DNA of 64,000 nucleotides from Fibrobacteria bacterium (GTDB lineage Bacteria; Fibrobacterota; Fibrobacteria; UBA11236). The position numbers and the translations under genes were made by a program. The notes below the pieces were generated by a model, which searched no databases, was not told the origin of the DNA, and worked only from the letters and a program-made list of their open reading frames with translations. Shown here in pieces: positions 36,833 to 47,457 of the stretch. The stretch is taken from assembly GCA_043732185.1 (NCBI GenBank), contig JAYTHY010000042.1, positions 32,624-96,623 of the forward strand, written 5' to 3'. The stretch's first letter is position 1, and each line of letters starts with the position of its first letter.

Positions 36833-38528
36833 TTCAATTACTTCGACTGGTTCCCAACTCATTGCTGTTGGGGATGGAGGTATCATCCTTGCTTCTCCTG
36901 ATGGCATGGCATGGACTGCAAGAGCCTCTGGAATAACCAACCGGCTACTATTTGTAACTTGGACCGGTACACACCTCTTGGCCACCGGCAATTTCAGCCC
37001 TATGCTTACTTCTCCTGATGGTATTGCCTGGACTCAAATAAATTCAGGTACACCATGGTCCATAAATTCGGTAGTTCAAACAGGAACTCAGCTCATTGCT
37101 GTGGGGGATAGCGGAATTATCCTGACCTCTTCAGATTCCAAAACTTGGACCGAGAGAAACTCTGGAACTACCTTAAACCTCAATTCTGCAATCTGGACAG
37201 GTAGCCAGTTCCTAGCCACCGGAGAATTCGGAACTATTCTGACTTCTGGGGATGGATTTACCTGGAAAAAAAGGAACTTTGGAGTAATTGACCATTTACG
37301 CTCTATTGCCTGGACAGGTGCCCAACTAGTAGCTGTTGGTGAAAATGGTTCCATTCTGAGTTCTTCTGATGGGATAACTTGGACTGCACAAGCATCGGAA
37401 ACAAAGCAACCCCTCTTTAACATTATCTGGACGGGGACCCAGCTGATTGCAGTAGGCGACAGCGGATTAGTTCTGACCTCGCACGATGCAAAAACCTGGG
37501 CAAGAAAAAACGCAGGAACATTCAGCCAGCTCAATTCAATAGCTTGGAATGGAAAACAAATGGTAGCTGTAGGGGTCGACTTCAATGTATTTACTTCACC
37601 AGATGGTAACAATTGGACTGCTAGACCCTCAGAAATATTAAGAAGTCTCATGTTATCCATGGGGACGCTCAGATCTATAACCTGGACCGGCGCGCAATTT
37701 GTAGCTGTGGGAAGAAATGCAGCCCTTACGTCTCCAGATGGAATTACTTGGACAGCACAAAACCTAGGGGCAACAAATAGGCGGCTCGAATTCGTTTTTT
37801 GGACCGGTAATCAACTAGTAGCAGTTGGTGATAGTGGAACAATCCTAACATCTCCTGAGGGTATAAATTGGACTTTAAGGAATTCAGGAAAAGACAAAAC
37901 GCTCCTTTCGGTAACCAGTACTGGCACGCAACTCGTTGCAGTCGGGGAAGGTGGAACGGCTTTCGTATCTACTGATGGCATCACCTGGAATGAAAAGAAA
38001 ATTGGCATTGAAGATCTATGCTTTTCGATCACTTGGGCTGGCTCTCAACTGGTAGCTATAGGTGGTTGGGGTACAATTATCACATCTCCACAGCCTGTTT
38101 CAATCAATAGAAAAAAACCATTTCCTGTCGAAAATAAAATTTCAATTCAAATCTTTTCGAAAACCCTCTTTGCCGCCTTACCTAACGAGATGCTTGGACT
38201 TAATATTCGAGCAGCGATTTACAACGTTACAGGCCAAAAAATATTGAGCATTAATTCAAATAAATCACAAGGGAGATTAAATATTCCAATTTCAGGATTT
38301 CCTAAAGGGCGCTATTTATTTGAAGCGAAAGGGGAGAATACAAGGATTTTTAAATCATTCTTTTTAATTCAATAATTAATTCAATGATCTTAGGGATCCC
38401 CTCATATAGTTAACCCGAGGTGTTGGAGAATTATATCAATAGATGTTAAGGTGAATTACCATCCCGTAAATGGGCAAATAGTATTATCTTGTAAATAAAT
38501 AAGCGAATTGTTACACAAAGGAGAAGCT

Positions 38529-39608
38529 GTGGAAAAGACATCGAGTAGCATTTTCTGCCCAATAATTCTCATAATATTCTCGGCTATTCATGGCTCAACC
38601 AATTGGGAATTAATCGATTCCAAAGTCACCAACGATTTGAACAAGGTGTTTTTCGCTAGCGCAGGGACTGGATATATAGCTGGGTCTAAAGGCGTATTGC
38701 TTGTCACACAAGATACTGGAAAAACATGGCGGCGTCAAGATTTGGGTATCCCTCAGGATTTACTGTGTGGTTACTTCTTGGACTCTAAAGTGGGGTTTGT
38801 TGGTGGTTCCGGAGGGTTGCTGATGAAAACCACAGATTCCGGGAATAATTGGACTAAAATTTCTCTTTCAGACACATCAAGTTTAACTGACATTGTTTTT
38901 GCAACTCCAGCAAAAGGATTTGCAGCAGGAGGACTTAAATTTCTTCTCGCTACCATTGATAGTGGGAGAACCTGGTCCAAAGTCGATTTGAGCAATATGA
39001 TTTACGGTCACACCAATTCCTTATGTTTTCCATCGCCCATGATTGGCTTTGTGATAAGTGGGATCGGGTCTATTAAAACCACAGACGGAGGGGAGACCTG
39101 GAGAGCCATTCCGAGTCTGGCCGGTTTAGGCAACCTTACCGATTGCTACTTTCTAAGCGTGGACACAGGATTTATTGTCGAGAGGAGTTATCCCAATACA
39201 TTTCTTACTTTCGACCAGGCAATCACATTCAAATGGATTAGTGGAAAGAGCTCAAACGCAATTTCGTTTGTAACGCACGAGGTTGGATATATCGTTGAAA
39301 CTCAAAGAATTTTCAGGACCAGTAATCTGGGTCAAACATGGCAATTGGAAAATGCAGTACCCTTGCCGTTAAATGGTGCAACTGAATATTTAAAAGATGT
39401 TTTTGGCTTTGGTGGGAATGTGGTTTTGGCCGTTGGGAAAAGTGGATTCATTCTAAGAAAAGAAGAAAGCAATTCAACCTTACTTATTGAATCCAGGAGC
39501 AATGGTGTAGCTAATAGGCTAACCGGCAAGCGTAATGGTTTTAGCGCAGATGGGCGCGTTTCCGCAAACAAAAAGCGGTCAATAATGGGTCTACTCGGCT
39601 TAAAGTAG
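38529..39608 (+). CDS. secreted YCF48/BNR-repeat beta-propeller protein
   Basis: Signal-like N-terminus; repeats F....G.A.G..G.LL.T.DSG.TW; basic C-terminal tail with FSADGR. Confidence 0.75.
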   Translation: MEKTSSSIFCPIILIIFSAIHGSTNWELIDSKVTNDLNKVFFASAGTGYIAGSKGVLLVTQDTGKTWRRQDLGIPQDLLCGYFLDSKVGFVGGSGGLLMKTTDSGNNWTKISLSDTSSLTDIVFATPAKGFAAGGLKFLLATIDSGRTWSKVDLSNMIYGHTNSLCFPSPMIGFVISGIGSIKTTDGGETWRAIPSLAGLGNLTDCYFLSVDTGFIVERSYPNTFLTFDQAITFKWISGKSSNAISFVTHEVGYIVETQRIFRTSNLGQTWQLENAVPLPLNGATEYLKDVFGFGGNVVLAVGKSGFILRKEESNSTLLIESRSNGVANRLTGKRNGFSADGRVSANKKRSIMGLLGLK

Positions 39609-40280
39609 TTAGCGCTTCACAATTTCTAAACACGCTTTTACTTTTTCCAAATCCTTGTTGCCCGGTGACACCTCAACGCGGCTATTGAGATCCACCGCAA
39701 ACGGTGCGCATGCTTTGAGCGCAGCAGCCAAGTTTTCAGGGCCAAGCCCACCCGCCAAAAAATAGGGTACAGGAAAATCTATTTGCTTCAGTACATTCCA
39801 GTCGAAGGTTTCGCCGCTTCCACCAAACGCACCCTTTGCCGATTGCGAGGCTTGCGTGTCCACGAGAAAATATGCCAACGGATGAAACTGACCCTTAGCT
39901 GCAATTAAATTTTTGCGCAGACCGCCTAAGTCGGCAAGCTGCACATGCGGAATGGCTTTGATTACCGGTACCGGCATTTTGAGGATATACTCCCAATCTT
40001 CTTGACCATGAAGCTGCACATAGTGGATGCCCGTCAAGTCAACAATACGAAAGACCTCTTCCGGATCCGCATCGACAAAAACACCCACAGCCTTAGCATT
40101 CCGTAGACCGGCAATCATCGGTGTGGCTGATTCTGGGGCAATGTAGCGCGCACTTTTGGGGTAAAAGTTGAAACCGATCCAATCCACTTTCATTTTATCC
40201 AGCGCCGCGACCTCGGATGGATTGCGTAAGCCACAAATCTTGACTCGACAATAATCCGATTTTGAATCCGGGAATTTCAT
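39609..40280 (-). CDS. trpF: phosphoribosylanthranilate isomerase
   Basis: VKICGL, GFNFYPKSARY, VGVFVD, VQLHGQE, GGSGETFDW, LAGGLGPEN, DLNSRVE..PGNKD. Confidence 0.93.
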   Translation of the reverse strand: MKFPDSKSDYCRVKICGLRNPSEVAALDKMKVDWIGFNFYPKSARYIAPESATPMIAGLRNAKAVGVFVDADPEEVFRIVDLTGIHYVQLHGQEDWEYILKMPVPVIKAIPHVQLADLGGLRKNLIAAKGQFHPLAYFLVDTQASQSAKGAFGGSGETFDWNVLKQIDFPVPYFLAGGLGPENLAAALKACAPFAVDLNSRVEVSPGNKDLEKVKACLEIVKR

Positions 40281-40475
40281 AGGGCATGCCTTTAAGAATT
40301 TGGGGCTAGGGCCTTGGCCTGCCCCAGCATAGGGTACTTTCGGGCCCAGAAGGGTACCCGCACACCCAAAATAGAGATTTATTTCTTAAATTTTGATAGG
40401 GCTATTGGGTTATTTGTCCGTTTGTACGCGTTGGAAATTTGCATACTAGCCCCGAATTCTAGGAGAGTGGTAACC

Positions 40476-41411
40476 ATGGTTGAAGCAAAAAAAATTGTGA
40501 CCTTGGAAAACGTTGTTTTCAATTATCCTGCCGGCAATAATGCGTTGGATAAAATCTCCATGGATTTGTATGAAGGTGAAATTGTAGGTTTGGTGGGTGC
40601 CAATGGGGCGGGAAAAACCACACTCATGAAAATTTTGGCCGGTTATATGGATAAAACCGGTGGCAACTTGCATTACGCTGGCCGTCCGGTGGAAGAATAT
40701 TCCAATAAAAAATTAAGTGAATTTGTCACGCTTGTGGAACAAAACCCTGAAGGCCAGTTGGTGGGCCCAACGGTTGAGGATGAATTGGCGCGCGCCTGTC
40801 GTCTGATTGGCTTTGAAGGGCGCTTGATCCGGGAAAAAATCGATTTCGTCCTCAAGCTGGTCCGCATGCGGCAAGCCAGGGAATGGTATTTGGACGAGAT
40901 GTCTTGCGGTGAGCGCCGACGGATTGCCTTGGCGCTCTGTCTTATTGCCGATCCCACGGTCATTTTATTGGACGAACCCCTTTCGGATCTCGATCAAGTG
41001 GGTGTTCGGGATACCGTGGCGACGCTCAAGGAATTGAAACAACGGGGCCTTTGCATCGTGGTTTCTTCTCATCGGCTCGAGGATATTTTGGAATTGACGG
41101 ACCGATTGGCTGTGCTAGGTCTGGGCCGCCTGCTCATGCTCGACCATCCGCAAAAGGTGTTGAGCAATGAGGAGATTCTCAAAGCGGCAGCCATTAACTT
41201 GCCGGCCATTCAGCGTTTGTTCTTGCGTCTGCAGGTAGAAGGGCTGGTGACAGCCGATTCTCTCCCCTTAAGTCTCGATGAGGCCGTGAGCCAGGTGCGA
41301 GAGGCGCTGGAGCTTAGGGCTTTGGCCTCTAATGGGATGATAAACGCGTCATCGGGACAATCCAGCCTTGGCATGCCTCAGGAATCGGAACCAGCCCAGC
41401 AATCCGTCTGA
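40476..41411 (+). CDS. energy-coupling-factor (EcfA/CbiO-like) ABC ATP-binding protein
   Basis: Walker A GANGAGKTT, QNPEGQLVGPTVEDE, signature MSCGERRR, Walker B ILLDEP, H-loop SSH. Confidence 0.8.
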   Translation: MVEAKKIVTLENVVFNYPAGNNALDKISMDLYEGEIVGLVGANGAGKTTLMKILAGYMDKTGGNLHYAGRPVEEYSNKKLSEFVTLVEQNPEGQLVGPTVEDELARACRLIGFEGRLIREKIDFVLKLVRMRQAREWYLDEMSCGERRRIALALCLIADPTVILLDEPLSDLDQVGVRDTVATLKELKQRGLCIVVSSHRLEDILELTDRLAVLGLGRLLMLDHPQKVLSNEEILKAAAINLPAIQRLFLRLQVEGLVTADSLPLSLDEAVSQVREALELRALASNGMINASSGQSSLGMPQESEPAQQSV

Positions 41412-41487
41412 TTTCTTCCAATAGCCTGGAAAGCGTATCCATTTGGGTATGCTCCATTGACTCCAGATCTTCTACCTTAGAGTTGCT

Positions 41488-44343
41488 ATGGAACAAGAAA
41501 GCCTTTATCTCATCGATGTCTCGGCCTTGGCCTACAGATCTTTTTATGCCTTCATCAATAATCCATTAAAAAATTCTAAAGGGCAGGAAACTTCTGCCAT
41601 TTACGGTTTTGCCTCGCATACACTGCGCCTCCTCAAGGAATGCCAGCCCACTCATATTGCCTTCGTCAAGGACCTGCCCAAAAAAACCTTTCGCCACGAA
41701 CTGTATACGGAGTACAAGGCACATCGCAAGCCCATGCCCGATGAACTTGCCGCGCAGCTCCCGGTGATCGATGTTTTTGTTGAGACCTCTGGCCTTAGAA
41801 CCGTGGCCTTGGCCGGGTATGAAGCCGATGACGTGATGGCGACTCTGGCGATGCAGGCCAAAGCCAAATGCATGCAGGTTTTTATTGTGACCCGCGATAA
41901 GGACATGATGCAGCTCGTGGACGATCAGATTTTTCTTTTCGATTTGGGCAAAAATAATCAAGGCTCCGATATCATGGGTGCCAAAGAGGTCATGCAGAAA
42001 ATGGGCGTGCCTCCGATTAAAATCGTGGACTATTTGGCCTTGATAGGGGACGCCTCCGACAATGTTCCCGGAGTAGCTAAAATCGGTCCCAAGACGGCTG
42101 TGGAGCTTTTGGAAACCTACGGCACTTTGGAAAGCATTTATAAGAATGTGGACAATATCACAAAAAAAGGTTTGCGTGAAAATCTGAAAAACGATCGCGA
42201 CAACGCTTTTCTGTCGCAGCGACTCGTAACCTTGCATGCCGCGCTGGAATTGCCTTTGGGCATTGACGACCTCTCCTACAAGGGGGTTGATGCAGAAGCT
42301 ATGACCGCTTTTGTCGAAGAATGGGAATTGCGCAGTTTGCTTAGGCTGATACCCGGGGCCCCAACAGCCGCCGCCCGAAAATTGGCAGCCACCGTTCGTG
42401 AAGCGGCCATTGACCAGAATCATGCCAACGCGACGCAGGCTGCTGCAGTCGAGCAGCGTCAAGGTGAGGCTCAAAACGCAGCAAGCATTTCCCCGTCTAT
42501 TCCTGCACCGGAAGCCAAATATGAATTGGTAGCGACTCCGGAAGCCTTGGCCGACTTGGTCGTCAAACTAAAGGCCGCTCCGCTCATCGCCGTTGACACG
42601 GAAACGACGGACTTAGACACAAAAATTGCGGACTTGGTGGGCCTCTGTTTATCGATTGAAGCCGAAGCGGGTTATTACCTTCCCGTTGGCCACCTTGTCG
42701 GTCCGAATTTAGTCTTATCGGTGGTGGTGGCAGCTTTAAAACCCATTTTCGATGATCCGAACAAACGCCTGCTTTTTCACAATGCCAAGTATGATCTGCC
42801 TGTTTTGGCGCGCCACGGACTGCTGCCGCAGGGATTAGAAAAACCAGGAAAACTGGTGGATACGATGGTCGCCGCCTATCTGGCCAATCCAGGTGAGCGT
42901 AATCTTTCTTTGGACGATTTGTCGCTGCGGCATTTCAACCACACCATGATTCCCATTGAGGCGCTTATCGGCAAGGCCACGCGCGGCGCTGGAGCCAAGA
43001 CGCAAAAAAGTTTTGCGGAAGTTCCGGTGGCGGAAGCCTGCCGTTACGGTGCCGAAGATGCCGATATCACTTTTCGACTCTGGCAACATTATGAGCCCGA
43101 ACTCTCAGAGAAAAATCTAACCCAGCTCTTCTTCAATATCGAGATGGCGCTAGTGCCAGTATTGACCGAGATGGAAGGTAAGGGTATTTCTCTCGATGTC
43201 CCAGCCCTCAAAACAATGTCGCTGCAGCTTTCCACCGAGATTACTCGATTGGAAAAAGACATCCACGCCCTAGCGGGTGGAGAGTTCAACATCAATTCGC
43301 CAATGCAGCTCCAGGAAGTGCTTTTCGAAAAGCTGCATCTCAAGACCGGAAAAAAAACCAAAACCGGTTTTTCCACCGATGCCGATGTGTTGCAAAAGCT
43401 GGAAGGTGAACATGAAATCATCGCCAAGCTGCTCGATTACCGTGAGTCCACCAAATTACAGAACACGTATGTGGATGCCCTGCCACAGATGGTCCATCCC
43501 AAAACTGGCCGTATCCATACCCATTATTCCCAAGTGATAGCGGCTACGGGACGCTTATCGAGCATCAACCCAAATCTCCAGAATATCCCCATCCGCACCG
43601 AACTCGGCCGCGTGATTCGCAAATGCTTTACTGCTTCTTCTCCAGACAAGGTGCTGCTGTGCGCGGACTATTCCCAGATTGAACTGCGACTGTTGGCGCA
43701 TCTCAGCGGGGATCCGGTATTGCGGGAAGCGTATCAGCAAAATCTGGATATCCATACCCGGACGGCTGCGGCTTTGTATCAGGTGGCGGAAGATAAAGTG
43801 ACCTCTGATATGCGGCGCAGCGCCAAGGTGGTTAACTTCGGTGTGCTTTACGGCATGGGTGCCACTCGTTTGGCTGCGCAGCTCAAGATTCCCCGGCCCG
43901 ATGCCGCCTTATTCATAGCCAATTATTTTTCCACCTATGCCAAGGTGGAAGAGTATATTCGAAACACTGTGGACCTAGGGCGTAAGCTCGGTTATGTGGA
44001 AACACTGGCGGGACATAGACGTTACCTGCCTGACCTGCTTTCCGATAACCGGCAGTTCAAAGAAAATGCGGAACGGATTGCCGCCAATACCCCGATTCAA
44101 GGCAGCGCTGCGGATTTGATCAAAATTGCCATGATAAAAATCCACCATAAATTGAAGTCTCTGCCATATCCATGCGACATGTTGCTGCAAGTCCATGATG
44201 AACTTGTCTTTGAAGTGGCGAAACCCGATATCGAAGCTGTTTCAAAACTGGTCAAGGTGGAAATGGAGAGTGCCATGCAGTTGGAGGTCCCGTTGCTGGT
44301 AGAGATCGGAACAGGTCATAACTGGCTGGAGGCGCATAGCTGA
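41488..44343 (+). CDS. polA: DNA polymerase I
   Basis: 5'-3' exonuclease (YEADD, GDASDNVPGV..IGPKTA), 3'-5' exonuclease DTETT, and polymerase motifs TGRLSS..PNLQNIP, DYSQIELR, QVHDEL. Confidence 0.97.
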   Translation: MEQESLYLIDVSALAYRSFYAFINNPLKNSKGQETSAIYGFASHTLRLLKECQPTHIAFVKDLPKKTFRHELYTEYKAHRKPMPDELAAQLPVIDVFVETSGLRTVALAGYEADDVMATLAMQAKAKCMQVFIVTRDKDMMQLVDDQIFLFDLGKNNQGSDIMGAKEVMQKMGVPPIKIVDYLALIGDASDNVPGVAKIGPKTAVELLETYGTLESIYKNVDNITKKGLRENLKNDRDNAFLSQRLVTLHAALELPLGIDDLSYKGVDAEAMTAFVEEWELRSLLRLIPGAPTAAARKLAATVREAAIDQNHANATQAAAVEQRQGEAQNAASISPSIPAPEAKYELVATPEALADLVVKLKAAPLIAVDTETTDLDTKIADLVGLCLSIEAEAGYYLPVGHLVGPNLVLSVVVAALKPIFDDPNKRLLFHNAKYDLPVLARHGLLPQGLEKPGKLVDTMVAAYLANPGERNLSLDDLSLRHFNHTMIPIEALIGKATRGAGAKTQKSFAEVPVAEACRYGAEDADITFRLWQHYEPELSEKNLTQLFFNIEMALVPVLTEMEGKGISLDVPALKTMSLQLSTEITRLEKDIHALAGGEFNINSPMQLQEVLFEKLHLKTGKKTKTGFSTDADVLQKLEGEHEIIAKLLDYRESTKLQNTYVDALPQMVHPKTGRIHTHYSQVIAATGRLSSINPNLQNIPIRTELGRVIRKCFTASSPDKVLLCADYSQIELRLLAHLSGDPVLREAYQQNLDIHTRTAAALYQVAEDKVTSDMRRSAKVVNFGVLYGMGATRLAAQLKIPRPDAALFIANYFSTYAKVEEYIRNTVDLGRKLGYVETLAGHRRYLPDLLSDNRQFKENAERIAANTPIQGSAADLIKIAMIKIHHKLKSLPYPCDMLLQVHDELVFEVAKPDIEAVSKLVKVEMESAMQLEVPLLVEIGTGHNWLEAHS

Positions 44344-44969
44344 TGGGGAAGATTATCATTGGCGTGACAGGGAATATCGCTAGCGGCAAATCGGCCACGG
44401 CACGGTTGCTTCAGGAAAAAGGCTGTAGTCTTGTGGATGCCGACGTCGTTGCCCATGAATTGTACGGATATGATCATGCGCTGGTGCGCCAAATAGGTCA
44501 GGAGTTTGGATCGGATGTCGTCTGGTCCAATGGCATGCTTGATCGAAAAAAGCTCGGCAGCCTTGTCTTTGGTCGGCCCGATGCCATGGTGGCTTTGAAC
44601 CGTATTGTGCATCCAGCCTTAATCAATGCTATTCGCGAGCGCATCCGATCTTCGCAGCGGGTGATGAACCGATTGGTTTTGGATGCGGCGTTGATCATCG
44701 AGCTTGGCTTTGCTGCGGAAGTGGATTATCTCGTTCTGGTTTCCGCGTCCATTCCTGTGCGTTTGGAAAGATTGCGGGAGCGCAGTGGATTTTCCGAAGA
44801 GGAGGCGATGCGGCGTATCGACAGCCAAGTTCCTGAAGAGCTCAAGCTGCAACATGCTGATTTCGTCATCAAGAATGAAACGACAAAGGAATACCTCCAA
44901 GAACAGGTCGACGCACTTTGGGATGAGATCCTATCCAGAGAAGCGTATGCCGAGGACAACCCCGAATAG
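44343..44969 (+). CDS. coaE: dephospho-CoA kinase
   Basis: IIGVTGNIASGKS, VDAD, LDRKKLG..VF, LNRIVHP; follows polA. Confidence 0.95.
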   Translation: MGKIIIGVTGNIASGKSATARLLQEKGCSLVDADVVAHELYGYDHALVRQIGQEFGSDVVWSNGMLDRKKLGSLVFGRPDAMVALNRIVHPALINAIRERIRSSQRVMNRLVLDAALIIELGFAAEVDYLVLVSASIPVRLERLRERSGFSEEEAMRRIDSQVPEELKLQHADFVIKNETTKEYLQEQVDALWDEILSREAYAEDNPE

Positions 44970-45022
44970 ACATCTAATAACCGATAACCTATTACCCCTA
45001 TAACCGATAACAGGAGTGCCCG

Positions 45023-45736
45023 ATGGATAAAAAGGTAATCGTACTTGCGGCTTTAGCTGCACTAGGAGGCATTGGTCTTGGAGTGCTGCGCGCACCGGCA
45101 CGAAAGAATGGTGGTGAAAAAGCACAGGATCTTTTCCCTCCGGAAAAATTACTCGGACAGGTTGCCAATACCAACATCAAGGTGGTCGAAGACGGCAAGG
45201 ACGGGCGACCGGTGTTGGCCATTGCAATTACTCAATTCGGAATCAAACCCGAACAGATTAGCCCTACCGGGTACGGAGCTCTCCACGCCTTGCACCGTCA
45301 GTATCCTAAAACCGATTGGGTTTCGGTATTTATCGCAGAGGATTCGGCTATGGCTGATGCCTCCAATTGGGTGGCTGTGGCTGAGCTGCGTCTTGGTAAG
45401 GTTACCGTAACCGGTGGGATTCCCACTCAAGCTGAATTCGATTCCTTGCGCATTATCGGCCAACCCTTAAAACGGCCGGCACCGGAGGACCTATCGGCTG
45501 TCGCGATGGTATTCGATAGTACAGAAGGTCTTACCAGCGAACGCTGGGAGCTTTCCCATACTCTACTTGGAGCCGGTTCGGGGCGGATAGACAAATCCAA
45601 TTTTCTTGAGTTGGATCTGGAAACCGCGGCGCTGCATTCTGTGGCCAAGGCAGTAGGCAAGGATGCTAAGACACTTGAAGCTACTGTGCAAAATGTCACC
45701 CGGTTCTATTGGATGAAAGCCGGAGAACCCTTGTGA
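45023..45736 (+). CDS. hypothetical membrane-anchored protein
   Basis: N-terminal hydrophobic helix; AGGAG SD upstream. Confidence 0.55.
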   Translation: MDKKVIVLAALAALGGIGLGVLRAPARKNGGEKAQDLFPPEKLLGQVANTNIKVVEDGKDGRPVLAIAITQFGIKPEQISPTGYGALHALHRQYPKTDWVSVFIAEDSAMADASNWVAVAELRLGKVTVTGGIPTQAEFDSLRIIGQPLKRPAPEDLSAVAMVFDSTEGLTSERWELSHTLLGAGSGRIDKSNFLELDLETAALHSVAKAVGKDAKTLEATVQNVTRFYWMKAGEPL

Positions 45737-45787
45737 TTTTCCTTTTTGGCAGACTTTTTGGGCTTTTTCACACGTCCTATAAAAGGC

Positions 45788-45814
45788 GGGAACTTATTTT
45801 AGCCCAGCTTGTCT
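45788..45814 (+). promoter_or_regulatory. ECF-sigma-type promoter motif GGGAACTT-N15-GTCT
   Basis: The same motif with the same spacing recurs at 47431-47457. Confidence 0.55.
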
Positions 45815-45815
45815 A

Positions 45816-46409
45816 ATGGAAAGTATCCCGCAGGACATCCATCGGCCAGAAGATACCGAGGACCAGGAGTGGGTTCGGGTCTTTCAAGCCGGACGGGAAG
45901 AGGGTTTCAATCGCTTGGTGATCAAGCACAAGGACCGTATTTACGGTTTGTGCCTAAGGTTGCTTTCCGATCGGGATCTGGCTGAGGATGCAGCCCAGGA
46001 GAGTTTTGTGAAGGTGTATCATGGCCTTAAAGAGTTTCGGATGGAAGCGAAATTCTCTTCCTGGCTTTACCGCATTGCCGTAAACACTTGCAAAAATCAC
46101 TTGGCATCGAAAGCGTACCGGGACTCACGCGACAATCGCGATTTGGAAGCGGCCGACACGGATGACCTGCTTGCCAGACGTGCCCAGAACCCGGCTCAAG
46201 TGTTGGAGTCCAAAGGCAAACAGCAGGCGATTGAAACGGCAATTGCGCGATTGCCGGAAGAACAACGTCTCTTGGTGGTGCTTAGGGATGTGGAAGACCG
46301 ATCCTACGATGAAATAACCGCCATGACGGGTTTGCCTCTCGGTACGCTCAAGTCCAGGCTCAATCGGGGCCGAGGTCAGTTGCAGGAATGGTTACGGGAG
46401 TTATGGTAA
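45816..46409 (+). CDS. ECF RNA polymerase sigma factor
   Basis: AEDAAQESFVKVY..L..FR..AKFSSWLYRIAVN; region 4 LPEEQR..VVLRD...SYDEI...LPLGTLKSRLNRGR. Confidence 0.93.
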   Translation: MESIPQDIHRPEDTEDQEWVRVFQAGREEGFNRLVIKHKDRIYGLCLRLLSDRDLAEDAAQESFVKVYHGLKEFRMEAKFSSWLYRIAVNTCKNHLASKAYRDSRDNRDLEAADTDDLLARRAQNPAQVLESKGKQQAIETAIARLPEEQRLLVVLRDVEDRSYDEITAMTGLPLGTLKSRLNRGRGQLQEWLRELW

Positions 46410-47390
46410 ATGGCTGAGCTACTCGATCACTTAAGCGGCGATACCCTTTGCGAATATGCCGAAGGTTTGCTCGATGCGGTGGCACGTTCTGCGGCGGATG
46501 TGCATTTGCAATCATGCGAGAAGTGCCGTCAGGAACTTCGCGTGGTGCAAACATACTTCACCGATATGGCAGCTTTGGAACCCGTTCGGGCCCCGGCCGA
46601 CTTCTTGACCAAAGTACGAGCCCGGGTGGAACGGCCGGCACCTCTGAAAACCTTTTGGAACCGACTATCCAATCCCTGGCGCCTGATTCCAGCACAACTT
46701 GCCTTGCTTACTTTGCTTGGCATCACCATTTTAACTGTTTATCTGCAGCAAACGGGCGGACTCTCTAAAAACGATACACCCTATACCGAGCCTCGATCTC
46801 CGGCCGCTTCCCTGAATGCACCGGCCTCTGCCCCTGCCCCTGCCCAAAAACCCATCCAAAAGTTATCGGATACACAGACATCCAATGCCAAGGAGGAACT
46901 TTACACTGACGACAGGATATCCACCTCCCAATCGGAACGAAAACAGATTGCCAAATTGGAATTGCAAAAACGCAAAACGAATTTGGAACCGGCTGCGCCT
47001 AAGGAAATGGTGGCGGGTTCATCCTCAGAATCCTTAATGGGATCTGCAACTGGGGCCTTGGGAAGAGGTCGGGCTTTGGCTAAATCAGAGGCTCCGGCTT
47101 CTGAGGCTGAACCCGCCGCCCTATTCTTGGATTATAGTCTGCGATTGGCAGTGGGCAAAGATTCAGCCGCCTTTTGGATGGGTTTACAAGCCATGGGAGC
47201 GAAAGTATTACGGGACGAGCATCAAAATGCGTCCCAGGGCCATAGCTATACCGTCTCACTTCCAGCTGCCATGCAAAAGGATCTTCACACGTACCTGACG
47301 CGCTACGGTAGCGTAGAAAGTCGGAAAAGCATTCTAACTAGCCCTGACGCTTCCGAAATCCGTTTCCGATTAAGTGTTATTCTGCCCTAA
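46410..47390 (+). CDS. zinc-finger (HxxxCxxC) membrane anti-sigma factor
   Basis: HLQSCEKC, a single TM helix, and position right after the sigma gene. Confidence 0.85.
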   Translation: MAELLDHLSGDTLCEYAEGLLDAVARSAADVHLQSCEKCRQELRVVQTYFTDMAALEPVRAPADFLTKVRARVERPAPLKTFWNRLSNPWRLIPAQLALLTLLGITILTVYLQQTGGLSKNDTPYTEPRSPAASLNAPASAPAPAQKPIQKLSDTQTSNAKEELYTDDRISTSQSERKQIAKLELQKRKTNLEPAAPKEMVAGSSSESLMGSATGALGRGRALAKSEAPASEAEPAALFLDYSLRLAVGKDSAAFWMGLQAMGAKVLRDEHQNASQGHSYTVSLPAAMQKDLHTYLTRYGSVESRKSILTSPDASEIRFRLSVILP

Positions 47391-47430
47391 TAGACCAGAA
47401 TCAGGCCTTTTCAGATAATTTTAATTTCCT

Positions 47431-47457
47431 GGGAACTTTTTCGGATTGTTCCGGTCT
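47431..47457 (+). promoter_or_regulatory. ECF-sigma-type promoter upstream of the vWA gene
   Basis: GGGAACTT-N15-GTCTTAA, about 50 bp before the ATG. Confidence 0.6.

Larger units (their letters stand above)
35108..38375 (+). pseudogene. secreted BNR/WD40-like beta-propeller repeat protein with T9SS-like C-terminal domain, disrupted by an amber stop and IS5
   Basis: GTG 35108 after GGAGG. Roughly 39-aa repeats W.G.QLVAVG..G.ILTS.DG.TW. In-frame TAG at 35228. The reading frame is restored by removing the IS plus one TTCA. C-terminal IYNVTGQKI...PKGRYLF. Confidence 0.85.

Noticed and set aside
35230..38100. Periodic sequence as a possible CRISPR array
   Set aside because: The repeats are degenerate protein-coding units of about 39 aa, not identical repeats with spacers. 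No CRISPR array or cas gene seen in the window.
42355..42520. Ala-rich insertion in PolA as a possible intein
   Set aside because: Short, with no intein terminal residues, and it falls in the naturally variable inter-domain linker.
44977..45011. 12-bp direct repeat ATAACCGATAAC, two copies
   Set aside because: Only two copies in a short spacer; no supportable function.
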